DNA of 64,000 nucleotides from Eledone cirrhosa (Eukaryota): NCBI GenBank assembly GCA_964016885.1, contig CAXHJY010001068.1, positions 1 to 64,000 of the forward strand, read 5' to 3'. Shown piece by piece: positions 1 to 18,869 of this stretch (position 1 is its first letter; each line of letters starts with the position of its first letter). The notes under the pieces were generated by a model. It saw only the letters and a program-made list of their open reading frames with translations, ran no database searches and was not told where the DNA came from. The position numbers and the translations under genes were made by a program.

Positions 1-55
1 ATACACAATTGTTGTTACAATTCCTTCTACGCACGCGTACACTCACGGAAGTACG

Positions 56-5560
<5,505 letters not shown>

Positions 5561-5694
5561 ATATGTGTATTCATGTGTGTGCGTGTGCGTGTGTGTGCGT
5601 GTGCGCGTGTGTGCGTGTGCGTGTGCGTGTGTGTGTTCCCTATGGCAGCATTCATGTTGGAACAATAATTAGTTTGACGTCGAGACACTTCGAC

Positions 5695-6164
5695 GGTGGT
5701 GATGATAATGAATATGGTGATGATGATGATGATAATTATGGTAAGGATGATGATGATGATGATGATGATGATAATGATGAGGAGAATGATGATGATGATA
5801 ATGATGATAATGATGGTAAGGATGATGATAATGATGAGGAGGAAGAATGATGATGACGATGATGATGATGACGACGACTACGACAACGAGTACAATAGAG
5901 GATGTGATGTTAAACATTTATATAATAAATTATACAAACCACAATCCTGTTTAGTTCTTATTATTGGGTCGTCAAGTATGAAAGGTGTAGAAATCTGTAG
6001 AAAAAAAAACACAAATTTCTACAAATTTCATACTTGGCGATCCAATACTACTTTATGCGGTGTTCCCCTTATCCTTCACCTGACCCCTTTTTTTGTCCAG
6101 GTTACCTTACCTTGTTAATCACACCCCCTTATATTTCTACAGCTTTTTTTATTCTTTCTTCGTC

Positions 6165-6198
<34 letters not shown>

Positions 6199-6475
6199 CA
6201 TCCATTATCCATCATCACGACATCTATGACGATGACAACAGATATTATGACGCCACTGTTTCTGTCGCCGCCAAAATCGTCACTAGCACGACCATCATCA
6301 TCATCATCATCATCTTGATCATCATCATCATCTTCATCATCCTTCTCATCCGTCGTCATTTTTGTCATCGTCTCCATCTCCATTATCATCGACGTCGCCG
6401 TAGCCGTTTTGCTCCTTTTACTCCTCCTCCGCCTCATCATCGTCATCACCATCACCATCATCACCATCGTTTGTT
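5695..6475. repeat. (GAT)n then (CAT)n trinucleotide low-complexity tracts
   Basis: GATGAT runs at 5695-5890 and CATCAT/CACCAC runs at 6165-6470. Confidence 0.9.
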
Positions 6476-7994
6476 GTGGTCGTATTTAAATAGTTTTATT
6501 TCAATAGCCACCCATTCTCTCTCTCTCTCATTATATAATATAATTTCTAATTTAGACATAAGCTCGGAATTTTTTTTTTTAGGGTGGGTGTGGGGGGTGG
6601 GGGGGTAAATTGACCCCAGAACATGACTGTTATTTTATTTCATCGACCCAGGAGGATAAAAGACAAAGTTGACGGCGGCAGAATTTGAATGGAGAATGTA
6701 TAGCATCTCATTTGGCACTTCAACAATATAATATAATATATGTTATAATATATAATATAAATGGAAAAAAATGGAAAAAATGAAATACATACTTATATAA
6801 TATAATATATGTTATAATACAATATAATACATTATATAATATATAATATAATATAATATATTATATAATATAAATGGTTATATAAGCTCTGTATTGAGAA
6901 GAAATTTCATTTTTAATAAATCCAGAAGAGGTTTATCAAAAAATAAAACGAAACGAAACCGAAAGAAATAAACTGGCAAACGGCGTACAATCACGGGTAT
7001 ATTACGTAATATGTTTACGTAAGAAACTGAAACGAAATGTTTGGATTTGATTTTCATTAAACCAATATTCTTATATTCATTTACTTTCTCTGTATTTTAA
7101 ACTTATTTTGTTTGTTTGTTATTTTTCTTGCTATCTCATAACATTTAGGTTTGTATATATGAGTGAACTTCTGTATGCTTGATGCACATTCTAGAAATAG
7201 CAGTCAAATATCTTTAAACGTGTTACTGTTTATAAAGGAAAAGATACATTGCGTAAGATATTCCTAGATATCCCTATAGAAATGATTTCGTCTGGGATGC
7301 TTTTAAATATAGCTCGACTTGGCTCTTTCAGGATTGTGTACTGAGGGTAATAACATAAAACTAGCAACTGTTATCTAAAGGGAGAACCTCTGAATAGTTA
7401 CAGAATGTGCTAGAAAAAGTAGTAAAATCTCCCTCAAATCACAAACTACTATCTTGACATTGAAGACATAGATACAAAAATTACCCGGAAGCCACATCTT
7501 TGACAGATTTGATCATATGACTGCTAAAGCAAGGCTGACCTAGGGTTTAAAACCTATAACAACAACAGCAGCTTAACTAGCCACCATGTACAGTTGTTAT
7601 TTACATAAATATTACCAAAGTGTATGCCATAAGATAACATTGTAAAGTTAGACGAAAAAATAATATTTAAATGAAATAAAACAGAAAATGGAGCAACGCG
7701 GGAGAGGGGGAAGGAGGTGTAGACTCTATACCCCAGGTTGAGTGGTGATTCGATGGTGTCCCGTAGACAAGATGGCGTAAGCATTGCCATGGAAAATGGC
7801 CAGCGAATCCCTACGCAACAGCCACTCCGTCTCACTCCTCAGATGGCCTGCAAAGCATTCTATCCGATGTTCTATAAAATAGTCATTGTTCTTCTCTTAT
7901 GATATGAAAACAGTATTCTGAGATTTCAGTCAATATTTTAAACCGGTGTATCTACTATATTCAGTAGATACACCGGTTTAAAATATTGGTTACT

Positions 7995-8186
7995 TATATA
8001 GGCACAAGGCCAACAATTTTGGGGGAGGGGAAAGTCGATGTGTGACTGGTACTTTATTTTATAGACCCCGTAAGGATGAAAGGCAAAGTTAACCTCGGCG
8101 GTATTTGAACTCAGACCGTAAAGGGACGTAACTATGTTGTAACGCATGGCGTCCGACCCTCTACCAATACTGCCAATCCACTGCCC
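7995..8186 (-). mobile_element. tRNA-derived SINE family 1 (long 3' variant)
   Basis: Matches the other copies (A-box-like TGGCAGTATTGG, B-box GAGTTCAAAT, core GCCTTTCATCCTTACGGGGTC..TAAAATAAAGTACCAG). Near-perfect 19-bp TSD tacac(c/t)ggtttaaaatatt at 7969-7987 and 8187-8205. Confidence 0.93.
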
Positions 8187-9464
8187 TACACTGGTTTAAA
8201 ATATTAGCTGCAAAAATCGTTTCGATTTAATATTTATAGTTAATTTGTCATTAAGGTTCGTGCAAAGAGTCTTTCGTTGAAATATATACGTCATTAAATA
8301 TAATACCCCGGTCTATGTATTAAATTATGTTTGTACATCGTCTGGCTTGTATCGAGTGGGTGTTATTCTTAGTTGAAATTCCTTGAGAGATTTTGTTTTC
8401 TTTTTCTTTCAGCAACCTTATTTTGTTGTTGTTTGTATCCATTATTAATTACGTTCCGTTTATAAGAGTAGTTGTTATGTGAAATTTGAATGCCGATATT
8501 ATTCGATAGCTCTTCATGAGATTACTAAATTAATACATCACTGCAACAATGTAGATAATTTATCTGTTCAACACATGATATATAATACGTCAATCTGAAT
8601 AATACGGTAACTATGAAAACCACTATAATCCAATGGCAGCTACAAGATTTCTTAATATGATATGACTGACATTAAAGATGTCATTCATGATTTCATTGCT
8701 GATAACACTATTGCATGTATTTCTTTAGTTGTGTCAAACCTCCTCGCAATACTCTCTAGTAAGTCTAGCGGTAATTAGATGCAACGCTTGTCAGTTTGTA
8801 GCAATACATATCATTAGTCAAACATGTATCTCGTTTTGCCAAATACTTACGAGAATATTTAAATACCGTGATAACAACTTCAAATACATCAATTACAATG
8901 TACAGTTTGACGGCGTTAAGTAGTTTATCCCCCCCCCCCCCTCCTGGATGTATGACAAAGATTATGTCTTTAGATTTGAGTATATTATTCATACCCTTAC
9001 TTGGTAATAGTGTTTGTGTACTCAAAATTTCTTGTATATTATATCTATTAGAATTACGATTGAATGACAATCTAGATATATCGTTCTAACTAAAATGAAG
9101 AGTCAAACATCTGTGATCAAATTTCATTGAAGTTGAATATTTTGGTACATTACGCCTGAGTCTATAATTTAATCAATACGGATTAGAACAACGTGAGAAC
9201 AACGCCACAAGGTTTGGAAGAGGGAGCTGTCGCAGCTTGATTGGTATTCACTTCATAGACCACATAAAACTAAAAGGCAAAGCCGAACTCGCCGGGATGA
9301 ATTGATACTGAACACATACTAAGATTCAACTTTTTCAATCATGTCTTCAAACAACTTACAAATATACTGATAAGAATAACCAGCCAATTGGTTGTTTCAA
9401 ATAGAGCCTACATTTCATATCTAACTTGAGCCTGACCAGAGTAAGAGAACCTATATTAATCATG

Positions 9465-9642
9465 GTTTGGCAGTAATCGGTAGAGCGTCAGACACCATGC
9501 TTTGCAGCATAGTTATGGCCCTTTGTGTTCTGAGTTCAAATCCGCCGTGGTTAACTTTGCCTTTCATCCTTACGAGGTCGATAAAATAAAGTACCAGTGA
9601 TGCACTGGGGTAATTGCTGGCCTTGTGCCAAAAGTAGAAACT
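9465..9642 (+). mobile_element. tRNA-derived SINE family 1
   Basis: Family consensus; 14-bp TSD ctatattaatcatg at 9451-9464 and 9643-9656. Confidence 0.95.
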
Positions 9643-9659
9643 CTATATTAATCATGTTG

Positions 9660-10713
9660 CAAGTGTCTAACCGAAGAGCTGCCTATATATCTCTAAGAAA
9701 ATGTAAGGCATTTGCATTGATCACACAAAAACTGGCTATACAACTGTAAGACGATGGAAAAAATAAACCCACTTTTTGAACTAAGAAACAAATCATGCTG
9801 CTTATGGTATATAGGAAACGACAAAACAGAGATACAAAAAGTCTTAGTTTCACGCTTTATATGGAAAAGGGGAAAGAAAGTTCGACGTGTCAGGCTTTAT
9901 TTTTTCTTCGGGAGTACAAAAATAGGGATAGGGTTACAAAGGATAGACGCAAAAAAAAATAAAGGGTAGCCTGTAGTTAAAAAAACGAAAATAATGAGGT
10001 AGAGTGATAAGCAGGACAATGTGAGGAAGTAGGCTCATGTCTTTCACAAAGACAATTATGGCTCAAGCGAAATAAATTAGTTTTAGCTGGGAATTAATGT
10101 TGCATCTCAGCGTGGGCTTGCCAGGAGCTTAGCCCTGATTTACAACACTCAACATAATGATAACACATTCTTAACAATTCCTTTGTCTTTCCTTACATGC
10201 TATCTCCTTTTGACTAATCAGTCGAGGGAACAGAGCACCAAATTATCCTATCGATTATATTTCAAATGTAACAAAAACTTTTCTTTAAAAAAAAATCATT
10301 TAGAATATAATGAAGAACTCAAAGACTACATTAACTGCGGTAACAGTTACTCTCTTATGCTTACATTTTCCAAAGAATTTGAACACAACCTTTTCTTTCT
10401 TTTATTTTTAAATTCCGACTACATAGATTCCTGACTTTCGAAATGTGTCCTTATCTTGAGGTGCCAGCTGTATAATTATTACATTTTTATGTATTTCTCT
10501 CTGCGAACTCATGATCTTTTGCAAATCTGCCCATACCTTCAAATTGTTTTATGTCTTATTTCTACTAACTTACTCTTTCGGCTTTTCTTCACTTCCATTA
10601 CCTTCGACTTACTGGAAGATTTGCTACAATAATAACAACGGTATGTTCTATAATATAATCATCAGTTTTTATCTGTTGGAATAAAACGTATGTGAAAGGA
10701 AAATAATAAAATG

Positions 10714-10750
<37 letters not shown>
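9660..10750 (+). mobile_element. possible highly decayed L1/Tx1-like LINE 3' region ending in poly(A)
   Basis: Peptide RFIWKRGKKVRRVRL...GIGLQRID (9754-9969) resembles the FIW.GK..R...GGLGL.D motif of L1/Tx1 ORF2. AATAAA is followed by an A-run at 10715-10750. No TSD found. Confidence 0.4.
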
Positions 10751-10752
<2 letters not shown>

Positions 10753-10937
10753 CATCTAGAAATATAAAATATGTACTAAAAGTTCACTACTCGTTTTAGA
10801 ACCTACAACAGATAACAGAAACAATGTTGTTTTTATAGGCATAATACCTAAAGTCATATGGAATGAAAACATGAGATTTTGTGATATTGTAGGTCTTTTT
10901 TATCGAAAGTATTGATTTTATTAATTACTTCAAACCA

Positions 10938-11160
10938 AGGGTGGTGGATTAACAGTATCGGTAGAAAGTCGGACACCATGCTTTGCAGCATAGAGTTACC
11001 GCGCTTTATGATCTGAGTTCAAATCCCGCCGAGGTTAACTTTGCCTTTCATAATTACAGGGTCGATAAAATAAAGTACCAGTCACGCACTGGGGTAGATT
11101 TAATCGACTTTCCCCTCCCCCCAAATTGCTTATATAGGCTTTTTGCCTATATAAGAAACC
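10938..11160 (+). mobile_element. tRNA-derived SINE family 1 (long 3' variant)
   Basis: Family consensus; 18-bp TSD attaattacttcaaacca at 10920-10937 and 11161-11178. Confidence 0.95.
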
Positions 11161-12779
11161 ATTAATTACTTCAAACCATGATTGATATTGTCAGGAAACT
11201 ACTAGAAGTCAACATCACACAAAACTGTTAAGTCGTATTGAAAATCTGAGGTCAGTGCAAGTGGTGAATATCTAGAGATTAGCTTCAGATGAATTACAAC
11301 TGCAACCCTCTTACGAATATTACGAACGTAATACTAATTACGAATACTAATTACGAATACTAATTACGAATATTAGCTAACGTAAGTTCGATCCAATTTA
11401 GCTGTTACTGCTATTGAGATTAAAACAAACAGACATACATAAAGCTTGAACATCAGAGCTCAATTTATTTTTCCTCTAAAGGAGAGAGGAGAACATTTCT
11501 GTATAAGGGATGCTTAAATCAGGAATCTATAAATATACAATTTATATTAAATTACTGTATTGAAATATCTTATTTCAGCCAGGAACTTAATCGTAACATA
11601 GCTAACAGATTTTACACGTGACATCAATGTGACAAATTATCAACTGGGTAATATCACAACGAGTGGACGAGGAACTTGTTCGAAACAGTAGCCATAACCC
11701 TTTAAATTACACATTAGAAAACAAAACATACGTTGTGGTAATGTAGTTTATTGCGTTTTGGAAAAAAAATGGGATGGTCATGGCATTGAAACACCGTTAA
11801 TCATGGATCTGCTTGACCAATACTGACCTAAGATTAAACAAAAATATAAAGCAATGTTGATGACATGAGAAGCTTGGGTCAACTCGAAATATGTTAAGTA
11901 AATTTCGTCGTGTGACAAAATAACTTGTCTTAATCTGTTAAAATCTAAAAAAAGAATCCATAAAAAGAAAAAAAATGCATAAACCTCATTATTTGTTTGT
12001 TTGTTTGTTTGTTATTATTTTACTTTTTCTTTTTTAGTTTGCTTTTACTCACCCATCACCCCTACCTACCAGAAATATCTGACAGTATTCGATATCTGGA
12101 AACAGATAACAAAGAAAGTTTCCAATTATACATATTTAAACAGTTCGATACAATTATAGAAATCAATCACAAAGGTCCAGAAATATTTTTTTTCTTATGT
12201 ACAATGAAATATTTGAAGCTTGAAACCCACCTGCTTCATAGTAAACAGGTTCTCTAATGGTTCTTAACACAATAACATCAGTGAGTCATTCTCATCAGTT
12301 TAAATACATTCTCTTCTCTATGTTAAACATGCGACAGCATTGGAAGCTCTCAATTCTGGAGGTTGTTTTGTTGTAAATCGTTGTCCCTGGTGATGGTTTT
12401 ACTGTTGCTATTGTTTATGTTGTTGTTGATATTTTGACAATGATGGTGGTGGTGGTGGTGATGGGGATGATGATGAATATGATGGTTTTACTGTTGCTAT
12501 TCTTTCTGTTGATAATGATGGGGGTGGTGGTGGCTGTGATGATGATCATTATCATGATGTTATTTATGACGATGATGATGATGATAAAGATGTCGTTCAT
12601 GTTATGTAGTCGTATGGCCTCATTGTGTTGGTATGAACATTACTTTTGTTATGTTGTTTTTGTGGGGTATTTGGGGGTTGTTTTTGTTTTTGGTGACGTT
12701 TTTGGTGACGTTGTTGGTGACGTTGTTGGCGACGTTGTTGGTCTTGCTGCTATCAACCCTCAACATTATGGGCGTTGAT

Positions 12780-12872
12780 TATTTTATCGCCTCCGTAAAG
12801 ATAAAAGGCAAAGCTAGCCTCGGTGGGATTTGAACTCAGAACGTAAAAGGCCGTAACTATATGCCACAAAGC
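12780..12872 (-). mobile_element. SINE family 1 fragment
   Basis: ttttatcg..aaaggcaaagctagcctcggtgggatttgaactcagaacgtaaaaggccgtaac. Confidence 0.85.
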
Positions 12873-14636
12873 AAACGAATCAGCCAATATATGAAATGCC
12901 AAAATATGAAATGCCAAAATGTGGCATTATTGAGTTATTGAGCATCAGGAATATGACCATAGTAAATGTGTCATTTTATTAAACCGTGGCTGATCATTGA
13001 TCAAATTTACATTTAACGCTCCAGTGATTTCTATGCTATCTAGTTAAGAGATTCACTCTGCTGGGGACAGTATATAAATGACAAATGTGATCATTAACCA
13101 GAAATGCCGGGCTCAAATCTTACTGTTGTCTATTAAAGAGAAGAGAAAAAACCCCTTCATTGAAACTAGTTAGGTTAATCACTTATTGTTGAATAGCTCT
13201 GATTAAGGAACTTTGAGCAATTTCCTTGCATGAGACAAATGAAATATCCGTTGATTGACTCCCAATATTTAACAAAAATGGAAGCAGCGGAGTGGCACAA
13301 ACTGTGGAGCACTTGACTAAAATATTTTGTAGATTTTTATATTTTATATTTTTGTGGTTGTTTAGACCCGAGAGAGTTGACTCATGATCATAAGTGTTCC
13401 GGCCCTGATCACGATGTTTTGTTTCTTGTGTTTTGAGACAAATTAGGCTGCTATTTTTAGGAGGAAGTTGAATGAATATGCAAAGATTCCCCACATTGTC
13501 TTAGGTTCCGAGTTCCTATCTCACCGGAATTCAATGATTTCCTTTCATCTTCTCTTAAAGTAAAATATCAGACTTGACTTGTAGTCGAATAATTGGAGAT
13601 ATTTGTAGTTTTGTAACAATGGGATAAATCAGTTTTTAACTACCATGCAACTGAGTGAGTGTATGTGTGAGTGTGTGTACGCGTTAATGTGTGTGGAAGC
13701 GAGAAAGAAAAAGAAAAATCAGTAGGAAAAAGACTCTAGAGAGACAATTAATGGTGGATGACCTTTAATTTTCTTTTGCAAACTTCTTTAATTATTGATA
13801 TTGTTTGTTGGTTTATAGAAGTATAATCAATTGAGTTTAGTATTACATTTCTTCAGGTCAGTAAGGATAAAAGATAAAGGAACCAGTAGTATAAAAATTG
13901 AACTCATTTAGTTTGATACCGAGACAGAAGCATTCAAAATGTTCCAACTCATGTGTCTTCGTCACTAACTCTAGCGTTCAATAAATATTCCTTGTTCTTT
14001 CATTAGGACTGCGCTAATGGCAACACTGATAAACAACTACTTTACATTTCCTTTCTCTGTCTCTCTCTCACCCTCTCTCTCTCGCTTTTTTTTAAAGCAT
14101 TCTAGATTTAGTGCTTCATAAATCTAAATTCCAAACCTACGTAGATTGGTTTTATCTTTCATCTCTTCGCTACCGATAAGATAATAACCAATAAGAGACT
14201 GAAGACGATTTAATTCACTTTGCACCTCCCTTTTACATAAAAAACCCTTGTCCTTCTGTCCAAGCTAAAAAGAATAATTCATCCACTCATTTAACCTTTT
14301 CTTATATAGTTTATTTTTGTTTGTTATCTTTTTTTTTTCATCACAAATAAATAAAAAGTAAAACGTATAAAAGTAAAATAAGAAATCGCCAGTTGTCACA
14401 GACTATTCTTTGATCTCCAGCTTTATTGAAAGACTACTTCTCCTACAACGGAGACGAGAAAGATTGGGAAGACTTTACTATCGTATAGATTACACATTTA
14501 TTGATGACGTCTACGTCTAAAGTTTCAGTCAAATACGCATGTGCAGAAAAAAAAAGCCATGACACCCGGTAACATAGAATCGTTGAAATAATTTTATCTT
14601 CAATTTGAAATATTTCTGATAATGGTAACTATTTAA

Positions 14637-14681
<45 letters not shown>

Positions 14682-14836
14682 CCGTAAGTGGTTGACGGCT
14701 GAAAGAAACGGGTGTTCAATACCGAAGTAGAGTTTTAATATTCATTATTAAGGCTAAAAAGTGAGTCCTATTACTTTGGAGTTTCGCCTGTTTATCACAG
14801 ACCCTGGGATAAACGGGTGAAACTACAGAGTAACAA
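14682..14836 (-). mobile_element. HHR-type mini-element family B, fold-back copy (CUGAUGA lost)
   Basis: Homologous to 21200-21390 and 22976-23162. Inverted repeat 14771-14833 centred on helix II; adjacent to a (CA)n(TA)n tract. Confidence 0.75.
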
Positions 14837-14894
14837 CAACAGCAGCAATGGTAGCAATAGTTACAGCAACAACAACAGCAACAACGACACCAAT

Positions 14895-15190
14895 TATAAG
14901 AAATAAACATTACATAGTAACAATAAATGAAAAATCAAAAGTGACAACAACAACAAAAACAACAACAGCAGCAGCAGCAATAAGAAATAAACATTATACA
15001 GTAACAATAAATGATTGCAAATCTCAAGTGACAACACCAACAGCAACAAAAACAACACCACCACCACCAACACCAGTAATAAGAAATAAACATTATATAG
15101 CAACAACACCAACAACAACAACATCAATAACAAGAAATAAACATTATATAGTAACAATAACTAAAAACAAATCACAAGTGACAATATAAC
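14895..15190 (+). repeat. composite minisatellite: ataagaaataaacattatatagtaacaa units separated by (AAC/ACC)n
   Basis: Four copies of a ~28-bp unit with variable trinucleotide linkers. Confidence 0.85.
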
Positions 15191-16679
15191 AATGGAAGCC
15201 ATAATGAAGTCAACAACTATTGTTCATAATTTACAAAATACTTGACAGTAACTTCAAGTGTTTCTTCCTCATTTAACTTGTCTTCACTTTAGTTATTGTT
15301 GTCGTTATTGTTGTTGTTGACTTTATTGTTGTTGTTACTGTTGATAATGTTGTTGTTGAGTTTATTGTTGTTATTGTTATATAGCCGTCAGTGTTTTTTG
15401 TTGTCGTTGCTTATTGTATTTAATCTTTATTGTTTTTACTACAACTACCACCACTAGTACTACTACCATTACTACACTACTATCACTACTACTACAATTA
15501 CCATCACTAGTACTACTACCACCACTGCTAGCACCACCACCACCCCCACTACAACTATCACCACTTGTGCTTGTTTGAGTGTGTGGTCAACTACGGTTTT
15601 GATTTGAGTTAGACATAATGGTATTTGTTAAGTGCACTGGATGTGAGAGAGAGAGCGCGCGAGAGAGAGAGATAGTAGTGTTAGGGGGAAGACAATGTTA
15701 CTCAAGAAAAACAAAGCAAGATCTGTGCAGTGGACTCGAACCAGGGACCACATGATTGTGAAGCTAACTCCTTAATCATACAGATGAACCTTTACCCGTT
15801 GATGTTTGTAGCGCTTCTTACGACAGACATCATCATTATCGTCGTTATTGTTGCTTGCAGTCGTTGTTGTCCTTGTGAATCACTAATTTTTCGTTACTCC
15901 GCGACCCACAATTAAGGAACCTCAACCTTGTACCGCCCTCACCACCCTTCTGTTTCCTACCACACACATTATCCACCCAACTCAAATGCGAATTACATGC
16001 ATGATGGCGAATTTATGGTTCCTAAACTGATTCTAATCGTAGAATTATCCACGGGGGCAGAAGTTGCCTGATGCTTTGCAAGTTACACTTGACTGATTTC
16101 GTTGTCCTGTTGACAGAAACGAGTGCAATTCTTTTGTTCAGAAGTTATTCTGATGCATATGCGCTTTGTTGTTGCTGTTGTATTTTGTGGGGAGGGGAAT
16201 TGAATATCTGCATTTTATCTATATATTTATATAATTTATTCTATCCTAGTTCGACTTTTTTTTTGTATCACCATTATTTTCGACGGGATGGTGAGGTCGG
16301 GTGCGGTTGTTCAATCAACGGAACGACCAAACTCGAGAAATTATCGTGTAAGTGACTGCGTATTCTAAAGATACGTGTACATTTAACGTTATTCTCGAAC
16401 AAAACCCAGTGAGAGACACAGTGTGACTTAGTTGAACCTTTGAACTAGAGTAGATACAGTTCATAATCTGACGAGCATCCAAACAATCTCTGCTTCTCCT
16501 GTTTCATCCTAAAGAGATAGAGGCTGATCTCTGGCTATGGTAAGACATACAGGATATGACAGATAATGGGACCGAATCCGAAACCTCGAGATTGTGACCC
16601 AAACTTCTTAATAATTTGGCTACTCTGTTTCCACATTATTTTGATAGTCAGTTTCTATTTCAGAGAATCAAAAAATATT

Positions 16680-16780
16680 TCCGGCGAAACCCCTTCTCCA
16701 TTCTGTCCGCCGGGGCTGTGGGGAGGCCAGCACCTGGGGACTCCATTTGCTCACCATACAGAGAGATGGAGGCGATGACA
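16680..16780 (-). repeat. GC-rich dispersed repeat, copy 1 (also 27315-27450 and 59620-59850)
   Basis: Reverse complement reads ggcctccccacagccccggcggacagaatggagaagg, which is shared with the two + strand copies. Confidence 0.85.
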
Positions 16781-16914
16781 GTGGGAGTTTGGCTCTTCCA
16801 CGTTCGGACCATATCCTTGTGGTTGTCTTCATTATCTATAGAGTTCATTCTATTATTCAGTTGTCACTATTAAACAAAAGTAATTTCTGAAATAACACTT
16901 TGGTATCAAGATTA

Positions 16915-17085
16915 TTAGAGGGTTGGACGCCATGCTTTGACGCATAGAGTTACGGGCCTTTATGATCTGAGTTCAAATCCCGCCGAGGTTAACTTTGCCT
17001 TTCATCCTTACGGGGTCTATAAAATAAAGTACCAGTAATACACTGGAATAATTGCTGGCCTTGTGCCAAAAGTAGAAACAATTAT
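16915..17085 (+). mobile_element. SINE family 1, 5'-truncated
   Basis: Family consensus with B box gagttcaaatcc and tail gccttgtgccaaaagtagaaacaatt. Confidence 0.93.
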
Positions 17086-17446
17086 TTCTAGATTTGAAAT
17101 ATATATTCCTTCTGGAAAAATAAATTAATATTGTTATTTGCTGTGAGGGTTTTACCATTATTCTTGTGTTTTATACTTTATAATTTATTATGTAGTAACT
17201 ATTATTAATTCTAAATAAATAAGTGAACTGGCAGAATTGGTAGATCATCAGATAACTAGCCTTGATGATTTTTGTTCTCTTGCCAATTTCTCGAATGACT
17301 TGAAAAGAGGAAAAATATAAAGACAAAGAAGAAGAAGAAAACGAAGAAAAATGAAGAAGAAGAAAACGAAGAACAACGAAGAAAAACGAAAAAAAACGAA
17401 AACGAAAAAAACGAAGAAGAGAAAACGAAGAAGAAGACGAAGAAGG

Positions 17447-17483
<37 letters not shown>

Positions 17484-18008
17484 AGTGAATTGACTGGAAA
17501 TGACCAGCGGTCATTGAATAAATCCTGCATTATTAAAATAACAAGAACAACAACGACAACAACAAGAGCTATATAACATATCTCAGTCATAATGGCCGAC
17601 TTAATTATGTGATAAATAGGTTTGTGATTCCACTGATCCGGAAGACGAAATCGTGTGTTTATGACGTAGTTTCCGGTTTCTAGACCTAACAAATATTAAC
17701 ATATCAATTGTAGTTATGTTATTGTCGTTTTATTGTTTTTACTGTTGGTGCCGTTTTTTGTTGTTGATGATGATGGTGATGGTGGCAATGGTGACGGTGG
17801 GGATGATGGTGATGGTGGCGATGGTGACGGTGGCGATGGTGGCGATGGTGACGGTGGCGATGGTGACGGTGGGGATGATGGCGACGATGATGATGGCGAT
17901 GGTGGTGATGATGGCCGCGATGGTGATGATGGCGGCGATGATGATGATGATCATGATGGCGATGGTGATGGCGATAGTGGTGACGACGACGCCTAACTTC
18001 TGTCATAG

Positions 18009-18120
18009 ATTCCAAAATATAAAATACATCCCAACAATACATAGTACAATGTTGGTCTTCCTTTCATGCTGTGCCTTTATTCAGTCACTTTACACTATTA
18101 CAGCGACCCATGCTCGTCAG
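18009..18120 (+). CDS. candidate exon encoding signal-peptide-like MLVFLSCCAFIQSLYTITATHARQ (ATG at 18049)
   Basis: Acceptor cttctgtcatag and donor CAG|gtttag. Unique sequence between repeats, with only one open frame. acaATG context and a hydrophobic N-terminus ending T-H-A. Not validated. Confidence 0.35.
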
Positions 18121-18250
18121 GTTTAGTTTTTCCTATACCAGTTACAACCTTGTTCACGAGGTACACCTTCCTCTCGCATTTTTCTCAGTCATAACCTGTC
18201 TAATCCCACCCCACCAAGACCTTCCATTAACCATTATGTTTAATCATTTC

Positions 18251-18438
18251 AGGCGGTGGATTGGCAGTATCGGTAGAGGGTCGGACGCCACGCTTTGACG
18301 CATAGAGTTACGGCCCTTGCCATTCTGAGTTCAAATCCTGCCGAGGTTAACTTTGCCTTTCATCCTTACGGGGTCGATAAAATAAAGTACCAGTAATGCA
18401 CTGGGATAATTGTTGGCCTTGTGCCAAAAGTAGAAATA
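18251..18438 (+). mobile_element. SINE family 1, full length
   Basis: A box tggcagtatcgg and B box gagttcaaatcc; 18-bp TSD attatgtttaatcatttc at 18233-18250 and 18439-18456. Confidence 0.96.
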
Positions 18439-18869
18439 ATTATGTTTAATCATTTCTTCCCAGAATGTCGATCTTCTGGAATTCCCTTCCAGTCAATTTT
18501 ATTTCCCCTAGGTGTAAAACAAATCTACCCCACCAATCCCAACAGTGAGGGAAGACATGTGAAAGTCATAGGTTTAATGTCTCCCTATTAATCTAAACCC
18601 TTAGAAAGAACAGAAAAGTAAAGCAAAAAGAAAAACAAAATGACTTATGCCAGGACCGAACTTGCTTTTTATCGAATCACGGTTGATACGTAGCAATGAC
18701 ATTACGATCCCTTACAAATTTGAAGCTTTATGTAAATGTGAAATATGTAAATTAATGAGATAGTGACAACCAGTGAGGCGTAGTTAATGTGGTTACTGAG
18801 GTGGAAGTTGTTATGGGGGGTGGGGGTTGGGTGGTTGTGGTAGTAACAACGTTGGTGTTTTTGTTACAT

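Noticed and set aside
5696-6467. GAT tract facing a CAT tract as a long inverted repeat
   Set aside because: Only low-complexity complementarity; no unique-sequence symmetry.
8729-8923. Short unique-sequence ORF or possible micro-exons (also 13366-13436 and 16116-16160)
   Set aside because: No recognisable domain, conflicting strand signals and no consistent phase chain.
14895-15190. Constant repeat with variable spacers
   Set aside because: The spacers are (AAC/ACC)n slippage products, not acquired sequence.
16465-16500. CTGACGA followed by a GCA..TGC stem; other lone CTGANGA words at ~3868, 14200, 26620, 30690, 59375 and 60435
   Set aside because: No correctly placed GAAA, helix III or helix I partner, so they are not counted as hammerheads.
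18251-18345. tRNA gene (A and B boxes)
   Set aside because: It is the head of a multi-copy SINE with TSDs; there is no complete cloverleaf or terminator.
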